From Blastocatellia bacterium (GTDB lineage Bacteria; Acidobacteriota; Blastocatellia; Chloracidobacteriales; JADJPF01), in the NCBI GenBank assembly GCA_039812885.1, contig JBDIBI010000003.1, forward strand, positions 143,237 to 207,236: 64,000 bases of DNA, read 5' to 3'. Below, piece by piece: positions 45,211 through 54,316 of this stretch. The notes beneath the pieces were generated by a model. It saw nothing but the letters and a program-made list of their open reading frames with translations, ran no database searches and was not told the DNA's origin. A program made the position numbers and the translations under genes. The first letter of the stretch is position 1. The number at the start of each line of letters is the position of its first letter.

Positions 45211-46281
45211 ATGAAAACCATGCGCTTCTATTTCTTTATTCTAATTCTTATAATTATTCCAATAGTCTTAAGTAGCACTACTAGCACTACTTTTGCTCAA
45301 GACAAAAATACTAAAACACAGAAAAAGCAGGATAAGCCTACTAACACAACACAAAAACCAGAAGGTTCAATTGAAGAAGGTGGTAATTTGAAGGTAGGTG
45401 AAATTACAAATATTACTTTACCTGTAATTGTTACAGATAAAGATGGTCGGTTTATTTCTAATTTATCAAAAGAAAATTTTGAAGTTTATGAAGATAAGAA
45501 GCCTCAAAAGATAATAGACTTTCAGGCTGCAACAGAACTACCTCTTTATATAGCTATTTTGTTAGATACTAGCGGCAGCGTAAAGGGTAAACTAAAGTTT
45601 GAAAAAGATGCTACTTTAAGCTTTCTTCAAACCGTGCTACAACGCCGCAAAGATAAGGCTTTGCTAGTTACTTTTGATTCCAACATAGAAATGCGCCAAG
45701 ATTTTACAGATGATCTAAACCTACTTACTAAAGCGATGGCTCCAGTAAAAGCTAGTGGAAATACCTCACTTTATGATGCAATTTACAAAGTTTGTGAAGA
45801 AAAAATGTTTAATGTCCCAACTCCCCGTAAAGTAATAATTGTGATCTCAGATGGTGCTGATACTGCTAGCGAACACACTTTAGAAGAGGCAATTCAAATT
45901 GCTCAAAGAAATGAAGTGGTGATTTTTGGTATTAGTACTAAAGGAGCAGGTTTTTTTGGGATTGAAGGTGGAAATATAGAAGGGGAAGATGATAAAGAGT
46001 TACGGCGTATCTGCGAAGAAACCGGAGGAGAAATTGCTTTTCCAGGCAATTATTTAGATTTGGAACGTTCTTTCTCTAATGTTAATACAAAGGCACGTAG
46101 ATATTACTTAGTTGCTTATGAACCAGATGATCCAGACCGTCCTGGTTATCGTAAGATAGAGGTAAAATTAGTTGGTCGTAATGATCAGAAAAATCTAAGG
46201 TTACGTACTCGTAAAGGATATAACGTTCTTAAAAAGACAACTACAACTGCTGCTCCAGGACAACCACCAGCAGATAAGTAG
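45211..46281 (+). CDS. Secreted VWA-domain protein (VWFA-related acidobacterial-type N-terminal module)
   Basis: Signal peptide. LPVIVTDKDGRFISNLSKENFEVYEDKKPQKIIDF module. MIDAS motif LLDTSGSV. VIIVISDGADT. Confidence 0.8.
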   Translation: MKTMRFYFFILILIIIPIVLSSTTSTTFAQDKNTKTQKKQDKPTNTTQKPEGSIEEGGNLKVGEITNITLPVIVTDKDGRFISNLSKENFEVYEDKKPQKIIDFQAATELPLYIAILLDTSGSVKGKLKFEKDATLSFLQTVLQRRKDKALLVTFDSNIEMRQDFTDDLNLLTKAMAPVKASGNTSLYDAIYKVCEEKMFNVPTPRKVIIVISDGADTASEHTLEEAIQIAQRNEVVIFGISTKGAGFFGIEGGNIEGEDDKELRRICEETGGEIAFPGNYLDLERSFSNVNTKARRYYLVAYEPDDPDRPGYRKIEVKLVGRNDQKNLRLRTRKGYNVLKKTTTTAAPGQPPADK

Positions 46282-46331
46282 TAAACAATACCGAAGTGAA
46301 ATTATTTTACTTCGGCAACTAAAGGGGATTT

Positions 46332-47390
46332 ATGAAAAAACTTTTAATTTGGTGGACAGTCGTTTTAGTTGTTTTAGTGGCACTACCATTAAGTTTAATT
46401 GCTCAAACTCCTCAAAATAAAGATAAGGGTAAACCTTCTCAAACTGACCAAAAAGACAAAAATAAACCTCCTCAAACTGAGCCAGAAGATGGTGTTCTTA
46501 AAGTTAATAGCGAACTTGTAACTGTGCCTTTTAGTATTACAGATAAGAAAAACCATTACATAACAGATGTTAAGCAAGAAGAAGTGACCATAATGGAAGA
46601 TGGTAAGGTTCAAGACATTTTTTCTTTTACTAAGGAAAAAGATTTACCTTTAACTTTTGCGCTGCTTCTAGATATAAGTGGAAGCCAAGAGTTTACCATT
46701 CCTGCACAAAAAGAAGCTGCATTAAGGTTTTTAGAAAAAGTTATTCATGTAGAACGAGATTTAGCATCAGTTATAACTTTTCGTAAAGATGTTGAAATGC
46801 TCCAAAGCCTTACTTCTAATGTAAATCAAATTCGTAATGCCTTAAATAATATTCGGTTTACTGGAAGTACTTCTTCTGTAGGGACACCACCTATAGGAGG
46901 TTCAGATTTTGCAGGTACTTCACTTTATGATGCTGTATATGTAACAGCAGATGAGCTTTTAGCTAAAGAAGCTGGTCGTCGAGTAATTATTTTGTTAACA
47001 GATGGCCGGGATACTACGTCTAGTTATAATATAAAGAAAGCTATTGACCGAGCTTTACGCTCAGAAGTGTTAATTTATGCCATAGGTATTGCTGGTCGTG
47101 GTCAGTATGGTGGGAGCGTTTTTAATGAAGATGTTGATAAGAAAACTCTTCAAACTATGTGTGAAGAAACAGGTGGAAGATTTTTCCTACCTAAAAATGA
47201 AAGTGAATATGATCAAGCCTTTAGACAAATTGAAGATGATCTTAGGCAACAGTATATTCTTTCTTATTCTCCAAGTAATGATGCTCAAGACGGAAGTTTC
47301 CGAAATATATCAGTAAAAATTAACCGTAAAGAGGCCAAAGATTTAAAAGTTCTTTGTAGACGCGGCTATTATGCTAAAAAAGGTGCTTAA
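46332..47390 (+). CDS. Secreted VWA-domain protein, tandem paralogue of the previous gene
   Basis: Same architecture: VPFSITDKKNHYITDVKQEEVTIMEDGKVQDIFSF, LLLDISGSQ, VIILLTDGRDT. Confidence 0.8.
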   Translation: MKKLLIWWTVVLVVLVALPLSLIAQTPQNKDKGKPSQTDQKDKNKPPQTEPEDGVLKVNSELVTVPFSITDKKNHYITDVKQEEVTIMEDGKVQDIFSFTKEKDLPLTFALLLDISGSQEFTIPAQKEAALRFLEKVIHVERDLASVITFRKDVEMLQSLTSNVNQIRNALNNIRFTGSTSSVGTPPIGGSDFAGTSLYDAVYVTADELLAKEAGRRVIILLTDGRDTTSSYNIKKAIDRALRSEVLIYAIGIAGRGQYGGSVFNEDVDKKTLQTMCEETGGRFFLPKNESEYDQAFRQIEDDLRQQYILSYSPSNDAQDGSFRNISVKINRKEAKDLKVLCRRGYYAKKGA

Positions 47391-47437
47391 TTTTCTAGAA
47401 TGGACTAAAACCTATAACTATTTGAAGGGATTAACAG

Positions 47438-48619
47438 ATGAAAAAATTATTCTTGTCCGCAATTATATTAGCTTTAACTTTTACTACAGTTTATAGCGGT
47501 ATTAATTTTACCAGTAAACTAATGCCTAGGGCTAATGCTGCAAGCATTACAGCAGCTGATCAATTAGCTCTATTGCCAGATTCTGACATAGTAGTTTTAT
47601 TGGACTTTAATAAGTTTCTAAACACCAAGCTATTTTCTTATATTATTCAAGATGCAAAATCAAAAGAAGAATTTGATAAATTTGAGAAAGAAGCTTTAAG
47701 TTATGGTCTTAACATACGCCAAATTCAACAAGTTGCAGTAGGTGTTGACTCAGATCCAAAATCTGGCAAAGATGCAAAATTTTGTGCTGTAGTTACTGGT
47801 GGTTTTGATAGGGAAAAGATTTTAGCTAGTATGGCAACACATTTAGATAAATTCTCTGTTGATGCTGAAGAATATCAAGGTAAAACTATTTACTTAGTTA
47901 CAGATAAGCAAAATAAAACTAAAGAGTTAGCAAAAGTTAATGGTGTGGGCAATGTAAAAATAGATGATAAAGTTGCTGCTGTGTTTCTTAATTCCCAATC
48001 TATAGCTTTAGGTTCTTTGGAAAAGGTTAAAGATGCTATTGATGTACAAAATGGTAAAAGAAATAGTGTTGCTTCCAATACACAATTAAATAATTATCTT
48101 AATAGTGCTAATGCTTCAGCACTTGTTAGATTTGCTTTTGTTGTACCAGATAAAGACAAAGTAGCTAGTAGTGCACCAAGTAACTCTGGCAAGAAATCAA
48201 AATCGCTAACAAATGATGATTTAAGTGGAAGTTCTAGTAATAATAGCAAACCTTCAACTTCTTCTACACAAGATGAAAATGGTGGTGGCCCATTTGGAAA
48301 TATGGATAAGCTTTTGCAAGCTATTCGTGGATGTTATGGTTCATTAGATTTAGCTTCTGGTGTTCAATTAGATACCACTTTACTTATTCGCAGTGAAGCT
48401 GAAGCTAAACAAATGACAGATGCCTTAAATGGATTGCTCTTCTTAGGCCGCAGTGCTTTACAAGGTGATCCAAAGAATGCCACTGTTGCTAAACTTCTTG
48501 ATGGTGTTTCTATTGCTGGTGGTGCAAAAGATGTAAAACTAAACATCAATATTGCAGAAAACTTAATCAATGAGTTGATCAAAGAATCAAGCAAAGATAA
48601 GACAAAGAAGGCCAATTAA
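47438..48619 (+). CDS. Secreted hypothetical protein
   Basis: 393-aa ORF with a signal peptide (LSAIILALTFTTVYS), a Ser-rich low-complexity insert and no recognisable motif. Confidence 0.5.
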   Translation: MKKLFLSAIILALTFTTVYSGINFTSKLMPRANAASITAADQLALLPDSDIVVLLDFNKFLNTKLFSYIIQDAKSKEEFDKFEKEALSYGLNIRQIQQVAVGVDSDPKSGKDAKFCAVVTGGFDREKILASMATHLDKFSVDAEEYQGKTIYLVTDKQNKTKELAKVNGVGNVKIDDKVAAVFLNSQSIALGSLEKVKDAIDVQNGKRNSVASNTQLNNYLNSANASALVRFAFVVPDKDKVASSAPSNSGKKSKSLTNDDLSGSSSNNSKPSTSSTQDENGGGPFGNMDKLLQAIRGCYGSLDLASGVQLDTTLLIRSEAEAKQMTDALNGLLFLGRSALQGDPKNATVAKLLDGVSIAGGAKDVKLNINIAENLINELIKESSKDKTKKAN

Positions 48620-48655
48620 TTCTTATAGATTATTGATAGAAATATTCTTACATAA

Positions 48656-48691
48656 GCTCACTAGTGTTTGCATTAGTGGGCTTTTCCTTTT
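48656..48691 (+). terminator. Intrinsic terminator after the 393-aa gene
   Basis: gctcacta-(10 nt)-tagtgggc, an 8-bp stem with one G-U pair, followed by ttttcctttt. Confidence 0.55.
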
Positions 48692-48751
48692 ATTTTCCCT
48701 ACAATTTTTGCTTGACCGAAAATTAAGCTCAGTGTAGGGTAAACACTTATT

Positions 48752-50005
48752 ATGGAAAAACTAATAATCACTAACATTGGTCAACTTATCACTTTAGCCG
48801 GAAATTCCCTACCACGTACAAAGGAAACTTTAGCAGAACTTTCCATTATAGAGAGTGCTGCTATAATTTGTAACAAAGGTGTTATTGAATGGTTAGGGCA
48901 AGAAAAAGATTTATCTTACTCAGATGATTGTTTAGTCTTAGATGCTAATAAATCTGTTGTTACTCCAGGTCTAGTAGATGCTCATACACACCCTATTTTT
49001 TCAGGTAGCCGGGAAAATGAATATGAGCTACGTATCTTAGGGAAAACTTATCAAGAAATAGCTGCTTCTGGAGGAGGCATTCGCTCAAGTGTTAGGCGAA
49101 CTCGTTCTGCTTCTAAACCAGATTTATTAGTAGAATCTCGCCAACATACAGACTTGCTCTTGTCTCATGGCACTACAACAGCAGAAGCAAAAAGTGGTTA
49201 TGGCCTTTCCTTAAAGGATGAAATTAAAAGTCTTGAAGTAATTAAAGAAATTAATAGTGAAGGGAATATAGAGCTTGTTCCTACGTTTTTAGGAGCACAT
49301 GAAATTCCTGATGAATACCGCAGTAACCGTAAAGCTTACATTAATATTCTAATAGAAGAAATGCTACCATTTGTAGCTAAAGCCAATTTAGCAGAATATT
49401 GTGATATTTTTTGTGAAAGTCATGTTTTTTCAATTGATGAGTCTAGAGAAATTCTAAGTAAAGCTAAAGAATATAGCTTAAAACTACGTTTGCATGCCGA
49501 TCAATTAACTCTTTCTGGTGGAGCAAAATTAGCTGCTGAATTAAAAGCTGCTACAGCAGATCACTTAGAGCATATTGATGATGATAGTATTGCTGCACTA
49601 AAAGAGGCTTCTGTTATGCCAGTTTTGTTACCTGGTTCTGTCTTTCATTTGGGCTTAAAGCAATATCCACCAGCTAGAAAAATGATTGAAGCAGGGCTTG
49701 CTGTGGTAATAGCTACAGATTTTAATCCAGGTAGTTCACCTACGCCAAGTTTACCAATGGTGATGAGTTTAGCTTGTACTCAAATGCGTATGACTCCGGC
49801 AGAAGCTCTTACAGCTTGCACTATAAATGCAGCTTGTAGTTTAGGGCGAGAAGATAAAATAGGTTCTATAGAAGTAGGAAAGCAAGCTGATCTAGTTATT
49901 TTTAGCTGTAAAGATTATCGTCAGATTCCTTATTTTTTTGGTACAAATCTTGTTAGTACAGTAATTAAGCGTGGTAATGTAGTTTATAGGAGGCAAAATA
50001 GTTAA
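48752..50005 (+). CDS. hutI: Imidazolonepropionase
   Basis: 417 aa. GLVDAHTHP, amidohydrolase-fold motifs, and the HADQL and ATDFNPGSSP motifs typical of HutI. Confidence 0.85.
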   Translation: MEKLIITNIGQLITLAGNSLPRTKETLAELSIIESAAIICNKGVIEWLGQEKDLSYSDDCLVLDANKSVVTPGLVDAHTHPIFSGSRENEYELRILGKTYQEIAASGGGIRSSVRRTRSASKPDLLVESRQHTDLLLSHGTTTAEAKSGYGLSLKDEIKSLEVIKEINSEGNIELVPTFLGAHEIPDEYRSNRKAYINILIEEMLPFVAKANLAEYCDIFCESHVFSIDESREILSKAKEYSLKLRLHADQLTLSGGAKLAAELKAATADHLEHIDDDSIAALKEASVMPVLLPGSVFHLGLKQYPPARKMIEAGLAVVIATDFNPGSSPTPSLPMVMSLACTQMRMTPAEALTACTINAACSLGREDKIGSIEVGKQADLVIFSCKDYRQIPYFFGTNLVSTVIKRGNVVYRRQNS

Positions 50006-51582
50006 TGGAAAAGATTGTTGAATGTATCCCAAATTTTAGCGAAGGTCGTAGAGAAGAAGTTGTTGAAGCAATAGTTGCAGAAATAAAAGCTGTGCCAGGA
50101 GTAGTATTACTAGATCGTGAGATGGATGCTAGTCATAATCGTTCAGTAGTAACTTTTGTAGGTGAGCCAGATGCTTGTGTAGAAGCTGCTGTAAGAGCTG
50201 CTGGAAAAGCTGCCGAGTTAATAGACCTCAACACTCATCAAGGAGAACATCCACGCTTAGGAGCAACAGATGTAATTCCATTTGTTCCAATTTCTAATGT
50301 GACAATGGAAGATTGTGTACGTTTAGCAAGAGAAGCTGCACGGCGTATTGCAGCAGAACATAAAATCCCTGTCTATCTTTATGAATCAGCTGCTACTCGT
50401 CCAGATAGAGTAAATTTAGCTGATGTTCGCAAAGGGGAATTTGAGTTACTAAAAAAAGAAATAGAAACTAATCCTAACCGTAAACCAGACTATGGAGAGG
50501 CTAAAATTCATCCAACTGCTGGTGGAACTGTTGTTGGAGCACGCTATCCATTAGTTGCTTATAATATTAACCTAGCTACTAGTGATATTAATGTGGCAAA
50601 GAAAATAGCTAAAGTAATACGCTTTGCTGGGGGCGGTTTAAGGTATGTCAAGGCGTTAGGCTTTGAGTTAAAAGATCGTGGTATTGTTCAAGTTTCTATG
50701 AATATGGTGAATTTTGAAGGTACTCCATTGTTTCGCGCTTTTGAAATGGTTAGACGAGAAGCAGAACGTTATGGAGTTAATATTTTAGCCAGTGAAATTG
50801 TTGGGCTTGTACCTCAAGCTGCTCTTAATGCTTGTTCAGACTTTTATTTACAATTAGAAAACTTTAATGAAGACCAGATTTTAGAAAATCGCCTTCAAAA
50901 GGCTTTGGCTCAGCAAGAAAAAGTACTTTCTGGAAAAGCAGATGAAGATGAAGGAAGTTTAGCTAATACTATAGGTACATTCCCAGATTTAGTTGCTGCT
51001 GGAACACCTGCTCCTGGTGGTGGAAGTGTTGCAGCACATTGCGGAATGCTGGCAGCAGCTTTAGGACAAATGATGGGTAATCTTACTGTGGGTAAAAATA
51101 AATTTGCTGCTGTAGAATGGCAAGTTAGACAAATACTTACCCAATTAGATGAGCTAAAACTTATTTTACGACAAACCATTGAAGACGATGCACAAAGCTT
51201 TAATGGTGTACTACAAGCAATGAAACTTGCTAAAGGCTCTGAGGCAGAAAAATTAGCTAGAGATACTGCTATTCAAGAAGCTACTAAACATGCTGTTTCT
51301 GTCCCAATTCGTACCGCAGAACAATCTTTTGCTGTATTAGAATTGCTAGATGAAATAGCTGAAATAGGTAACCCTAATGTTTTTACAGATGTAGCTGTAG
51401 GTTCACAACTAGCCTTAGTAGCAATTCGTGGGGCTTATTATAATGTATTAGTGAACTTAAGTTCTATTACTGATGGTGAGTTTGTTACAGAAAGTCAAAA
51501 CAAAGTAGAAAATTTACTTTTGCGTGCACAAGAGATTGCTAGTAAAATTGAGGAGGCACTGAAAAAAAGTTTAGCTAAATAA
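50005..51582 (+). CDS. Bifunctional glutamate formimidoyltransferase / formimidoyltetrahydrofolate cyclodeaminase (FTCD-like fusion)
   Basis: N-terminus IVECIPNFSEGRR (formiminotransferase). C-terminal domain TPAPGGGSVAAHCGMLAAALGQMMGNLTVGK (cyclodeaminase). The ATG overlaps the hutI stop (TAATG). Confidence 0.8.
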   Translation: MEKIVECIPNFSEGRREEVVEAIVAEIKAVPGVVLLDREMDASHNRSVVTFVGEPDACVEAAVRAAGKAAELIDLNTHQGEHPRLGATDVIPFVPISNVTMEDCVRLAREAARRIAAEHKIPVYLYESAATRPDRVNLADVRKGEFELLKKEIETNPNRKPDYGEAKIHPTAGGTVVGARYPLVAYNINLATSDINVAKKIAKVIRFAGGGLRYVKALGFELKDRGIVQVSMNMVNFEGTPLFRAFEMVRREAERYGVNILASEIVGLVPQAALNACSDFYLQLENFNEDQILENRLQKALAQQEKVLSGKADEDEGSLANTIGTFPDLVAAGTPAPGGGSVAAHCGMLAAALGQMMGNLTVGKNKFAAVEWQVRQILTQLDELKLILRQTIEDDAQSFNGVLQAMKLAKGSEAEKLARDTAIQEATKHAVSVPIRTAEQSFAVLELLDEIAEIGNPNVFTDVAVGSQLALVAIRGAYYNVLVNLSSITDGEFVTESQNKVENLLLRAQEIASKIEEALKKSLAK

Positions 51583-51678
51583 AAATAAGTAAAATAACAT
51601 CGTCATATATATTAAGTCTTATATCTGTATTACAACCAAGAAAAATAATGTACAGGACTTAACTTAAGGGAGTGTAAC

Positions 51679-52485
51679 ATGTCGGATTATGTAGAGTCTG
51701 ACTTTGGGCCGTCTAATTATGAGACAATTCAAGTAGTAGTGGCAGATCGGGTAGCTTATATTATTTTTAATAAGCCTCCTTTAAATATTTTTACTATTGG
51801 TATGATGAAGGAAATTAACGATGCTATTAATCGTTTAATGAAGATAACTCATATTTGTTCAATAGTTTTTGCTGCCACCCCTAGTTCAAAAGCTTTTTCT
51901 GCTGGAGTTTCTATTGAAGATCATAGACAAGAAACTGTCTATCAGATGGTGGAAAACTTTCATAACATTTTTCGCTTACTAAATAGTTTTTCTAAACCTA
52001 CTATTGCCGTAATTAACGGTCCAGCCCTAGGTGGAGGGTGCGAACTAGCAGCTTTTTGCGATATCGTTATTGCTTCAGAAAAAGCTAAGTTTGGTCAACC
52101 AGAAATTCGCTTAGGAGTATTTCCTCCTATGGCTTCTGTGATTTTACCTAGGATTATAGGGATTAGAAAGGCTACAGAGCTTATTTTGACAGGGGAATCT
52201 GTAGATGCTATAGATGCTCAAAGCATGGGTTTAGTAAATTTTGTTGTTACAGAAGAACAACTTGAAGAAAGAACTTTAGAAGTCATTTCTTATTTTAGGG
52301 AAAATAGTGCTTCTGTTTTAGAAGTAACTAGACGAGCAATTTTTACTGGATTTTTCCCAAATTTTGAAGAAGTACTAGCTAAAGTAGAAGAACAGTATTT
52401 GTTACAATTAATGAACTTAAAAGATCCTCATGAAGGGCTAAAAGCTTTTATGGAAAAGCGTAGACCTATTTGGAAACATAAGTAA
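51679..52485 (+). CDS. Enoyl-CoA hydratase/isomerase (crotonase) family protein
   Basis: ALGGGCELAAFCDIVIASEKAKFGQPEIRLGVFP is a crotonase signature. Confidence 0.8.
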   Translation: MSDYVESDFGPSNYETIQVVVADRVAYIIFNKPPLNIFTIGMMKEINDAINRLMKITHICSIVFAATPSSKAFSAGVSIEDHRQETVYQMVENFHNIFRLLNSFSKPTIAVINGPALGGGCELAAFCDIVIASEKAKFGQPEIRLGVFPPMASVILPRIIGIRKATELILTGESVDAIDAQSMGLVNFVVTEEQLEERTLEVISYFRENSASVLEVTRRAIFTGFFPNFEEVLAKVEEQYLLQLMNLKDPHEGLKAFMEKRRPIWKHK

Positions 52486-52708
52486 TCAAATTAAGTTAGT
52501 TGTTAGGAGAAAATAGAATTATAAATTTAAACTAAGCCTATAAGATATTTTAGGAAATAACTAAAACTTAAGATAAAAAGATTATTTTCTTTAATAAGAA
52601 TTAAAAGTAAGCGTATTTTTTATTGTAAAATTATAGCTTAGATGACACTTCTGATTAGAGACCAGATAAAATGGTCATTTTAATTAATTGGCTTATGACT
52701 AGCCAAAT

Positions 52709-53179
52709 TTAACAGCCTGATGGAACCCCTTTAGCCGAAGGAACTTCTTGTTCATTAGCTTCTAGATCTCTTTTAATACCATCTAAAATGCCATTAATGA
52801 ATTGAGTCGCTTCATAAGTGCTAAAACGACGAGCAATTTCTAAAGCTTCATTAATAACTACTGTTTTAGGGGTATTAGGTTGATAGAAGAACTCATAAAC
52901 AGCCATTCTTAGTAAATTACGATCTACTATTGCCATACGAGAAATACGCCAATTAGCAGCACGATTGCTGATACGATCATCTAACTCTGTTAAGTGGGCA
53001 ATAGTACCTTTTACTAAGGCAGTGGCAAATTCGGTGATTTCTGGACTGACTTCGGATTTTGGAGTTTCACACATTTCTTCCCAATAGGTTTTGATTAAAT
53101 CTTCTACCTTGGGACGTGCAATATCATACTGAAAGAGCATTTGTAAGGCACACTCTCTAGCCTTACGACGAGCACCCAT
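52709..53179 (-). CDS. nusB: Transcription antitermination factor NusB
   Basis: ARRKARECALQMLFQYDI..., 156 aa, immediately downstream of ribH as in many bacteria. Confidence 0.85.
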   Translation of the reverse strand: MGARRKARECALQMLFQYDIARPKVEDLIKTYWEEMCETPKSEVSPEITEFATALVKGTIAHLTELDDRISNRAANWRISRMAIVDRNLLRMAVYEFFYQPNTPKTVVINEALEIARRFSTYEATQFINGILDGIKRDLEANEQEVPSAKGVPSGC

Positions 53180-53232
53180 AATTTTATACCTAAATACAAA
53201 AAACTTAGCTTGAAATAAGCTAGTTGTTAATA

Positions 53233-53706
53233 CTAAGTTTGTTTAATTTGTTGACACAAATTAACCATTTCTACTGCAGACATTGCTGCCTCTGCACCTT
53301 TATTACCAGCTTTCATCCCTGCACGATCGATAGCTTGATCAACTGAATCAGCAGTAATAATTCCATAAGTAATAGGAATACTGCTATTTAAAGCAATCTG
53401 AGCAATTCCTTTAGTTACTTCTGCAGCAATATAGTCAAAATGTGGTGTTTCACCTCTAATTACAGCGCCTAAGCATATAATAGCATCCCAGTTACCTGTT
53501 TCTGCTAATTTTTTAGTTATTAAAGGAATTTCAAATGAGCCAGGAACTCGACAAATAGTTATATTGTCGGAATCTGCACCTAAACGTTCTAGTATATCTA
53601 TTGCACCATCAATAAGACGATTTACTACTAGGTCATTCCAACGACTAGCAACAAGTGCAAATTTAAAGCTATTCGCAGTTAGCGATCCCTGTATTTGTCG
53701 CGGCAC
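53233..53706 (-). CDS. ribH: 6,7-dimethyl-8-ribityllumazine synthase
   Basis: FALVASRWNDLVVNRLIDGA...VPGSFEIP...GAVIRGETPHFDY. Confidence 0.9.
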   Translation of the reverse strand: MPRQIQGSLTANSFKFALVASRWNDLVVNRLIDGAIDILERLGADSDNITICRVPGSFEIPLITKKLAETGNWDAIICLGAVIRGETPHFDYIAAEVTKGIAQIALNSSIPITYGIITADSVDQAIDRAGMKAGNKGAEAAMSAVEMVNLCQQIKQT

Positions 53707-53780
53707 GGCCGCGTTCCTCCTTGGTTAAGCTATTTGTTTGGTCAGCAGTATAGTGTTCCCTAAAATGACTGTCAATGAAG

Positions 53781-54233
53781 CTATGCTTTCTCTTTGCAGT
53801 TGTAAATATAATTTTCAAAGGCAGTTAATACTTCTTGAGGAAAAGTTGAGCGTTTTCGCTCACTATCTACCACTAAATGAGTGGTTTCACCTTCTGCAAG
53901 CTTGACCTTATCATTAACACGATAAATTTCATATCCAAACCTAACAAGTCTACGGTTGATTTGTTTTACAAATGTATGAATAGAAATCTCATCATCATAA
54001 AAAGCAGAACTTAAATAACGACAATTGATCTCTATTAGTGGTGTAAATAGTTTATATTCCCTTTCTAAATCTCGATAAGTAAACCCTAACTCACGAAAAT
54101 AATCGGTTCGTCCTACTTCCATCCAAACTAAATAATTTGCATGATAAACAATTCCCATACAATCTGTCTCAGCATATCTAACTCGCAACCGAGATTCTAC
54201 AAAACGCATTGGTAAGGTTTCTTTGTTTTGCAT
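53781..54233 (-). CDS. Acyl-CoA thioesterase, 4HBT/YbgC family
   Basis: RVRYAETDCMGIVYHANYLVWMEVGRTDYFRELG hotdog-fold motif. Confidence 0.75.
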   Translation of the reverse strand: MQNKETLPMRFVESRLRVRYAETDCMGIVYHANYLVWMEVGRTDYFRELGFTYRDLEREYKLFTPLIEINCRYLSSAFYDDEISIHTFVKQINRRLVRFGYEIYRVNDKVKLAEGETTHLVVDSERKRSTFPQEVLTAFENYIYNCKEKA

Positions 54234-54316
54234 ATTTTAGGATTTATACATAGGTAAAATTTGATAGTCACTGACAAAACAAATAGTATGCTAAAGATTA
54301 ATTCTTAGCAAGTTTT

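Noticed and set aside
53707-53780. I looked for an FMN riboswitch upstream of ribH.
   Set aside because: Only 74 bp separate ribH from the upstream thioesterase gene, which is too short for an FMN element, and no conserved FMN-riboswitch-like helices are evident.
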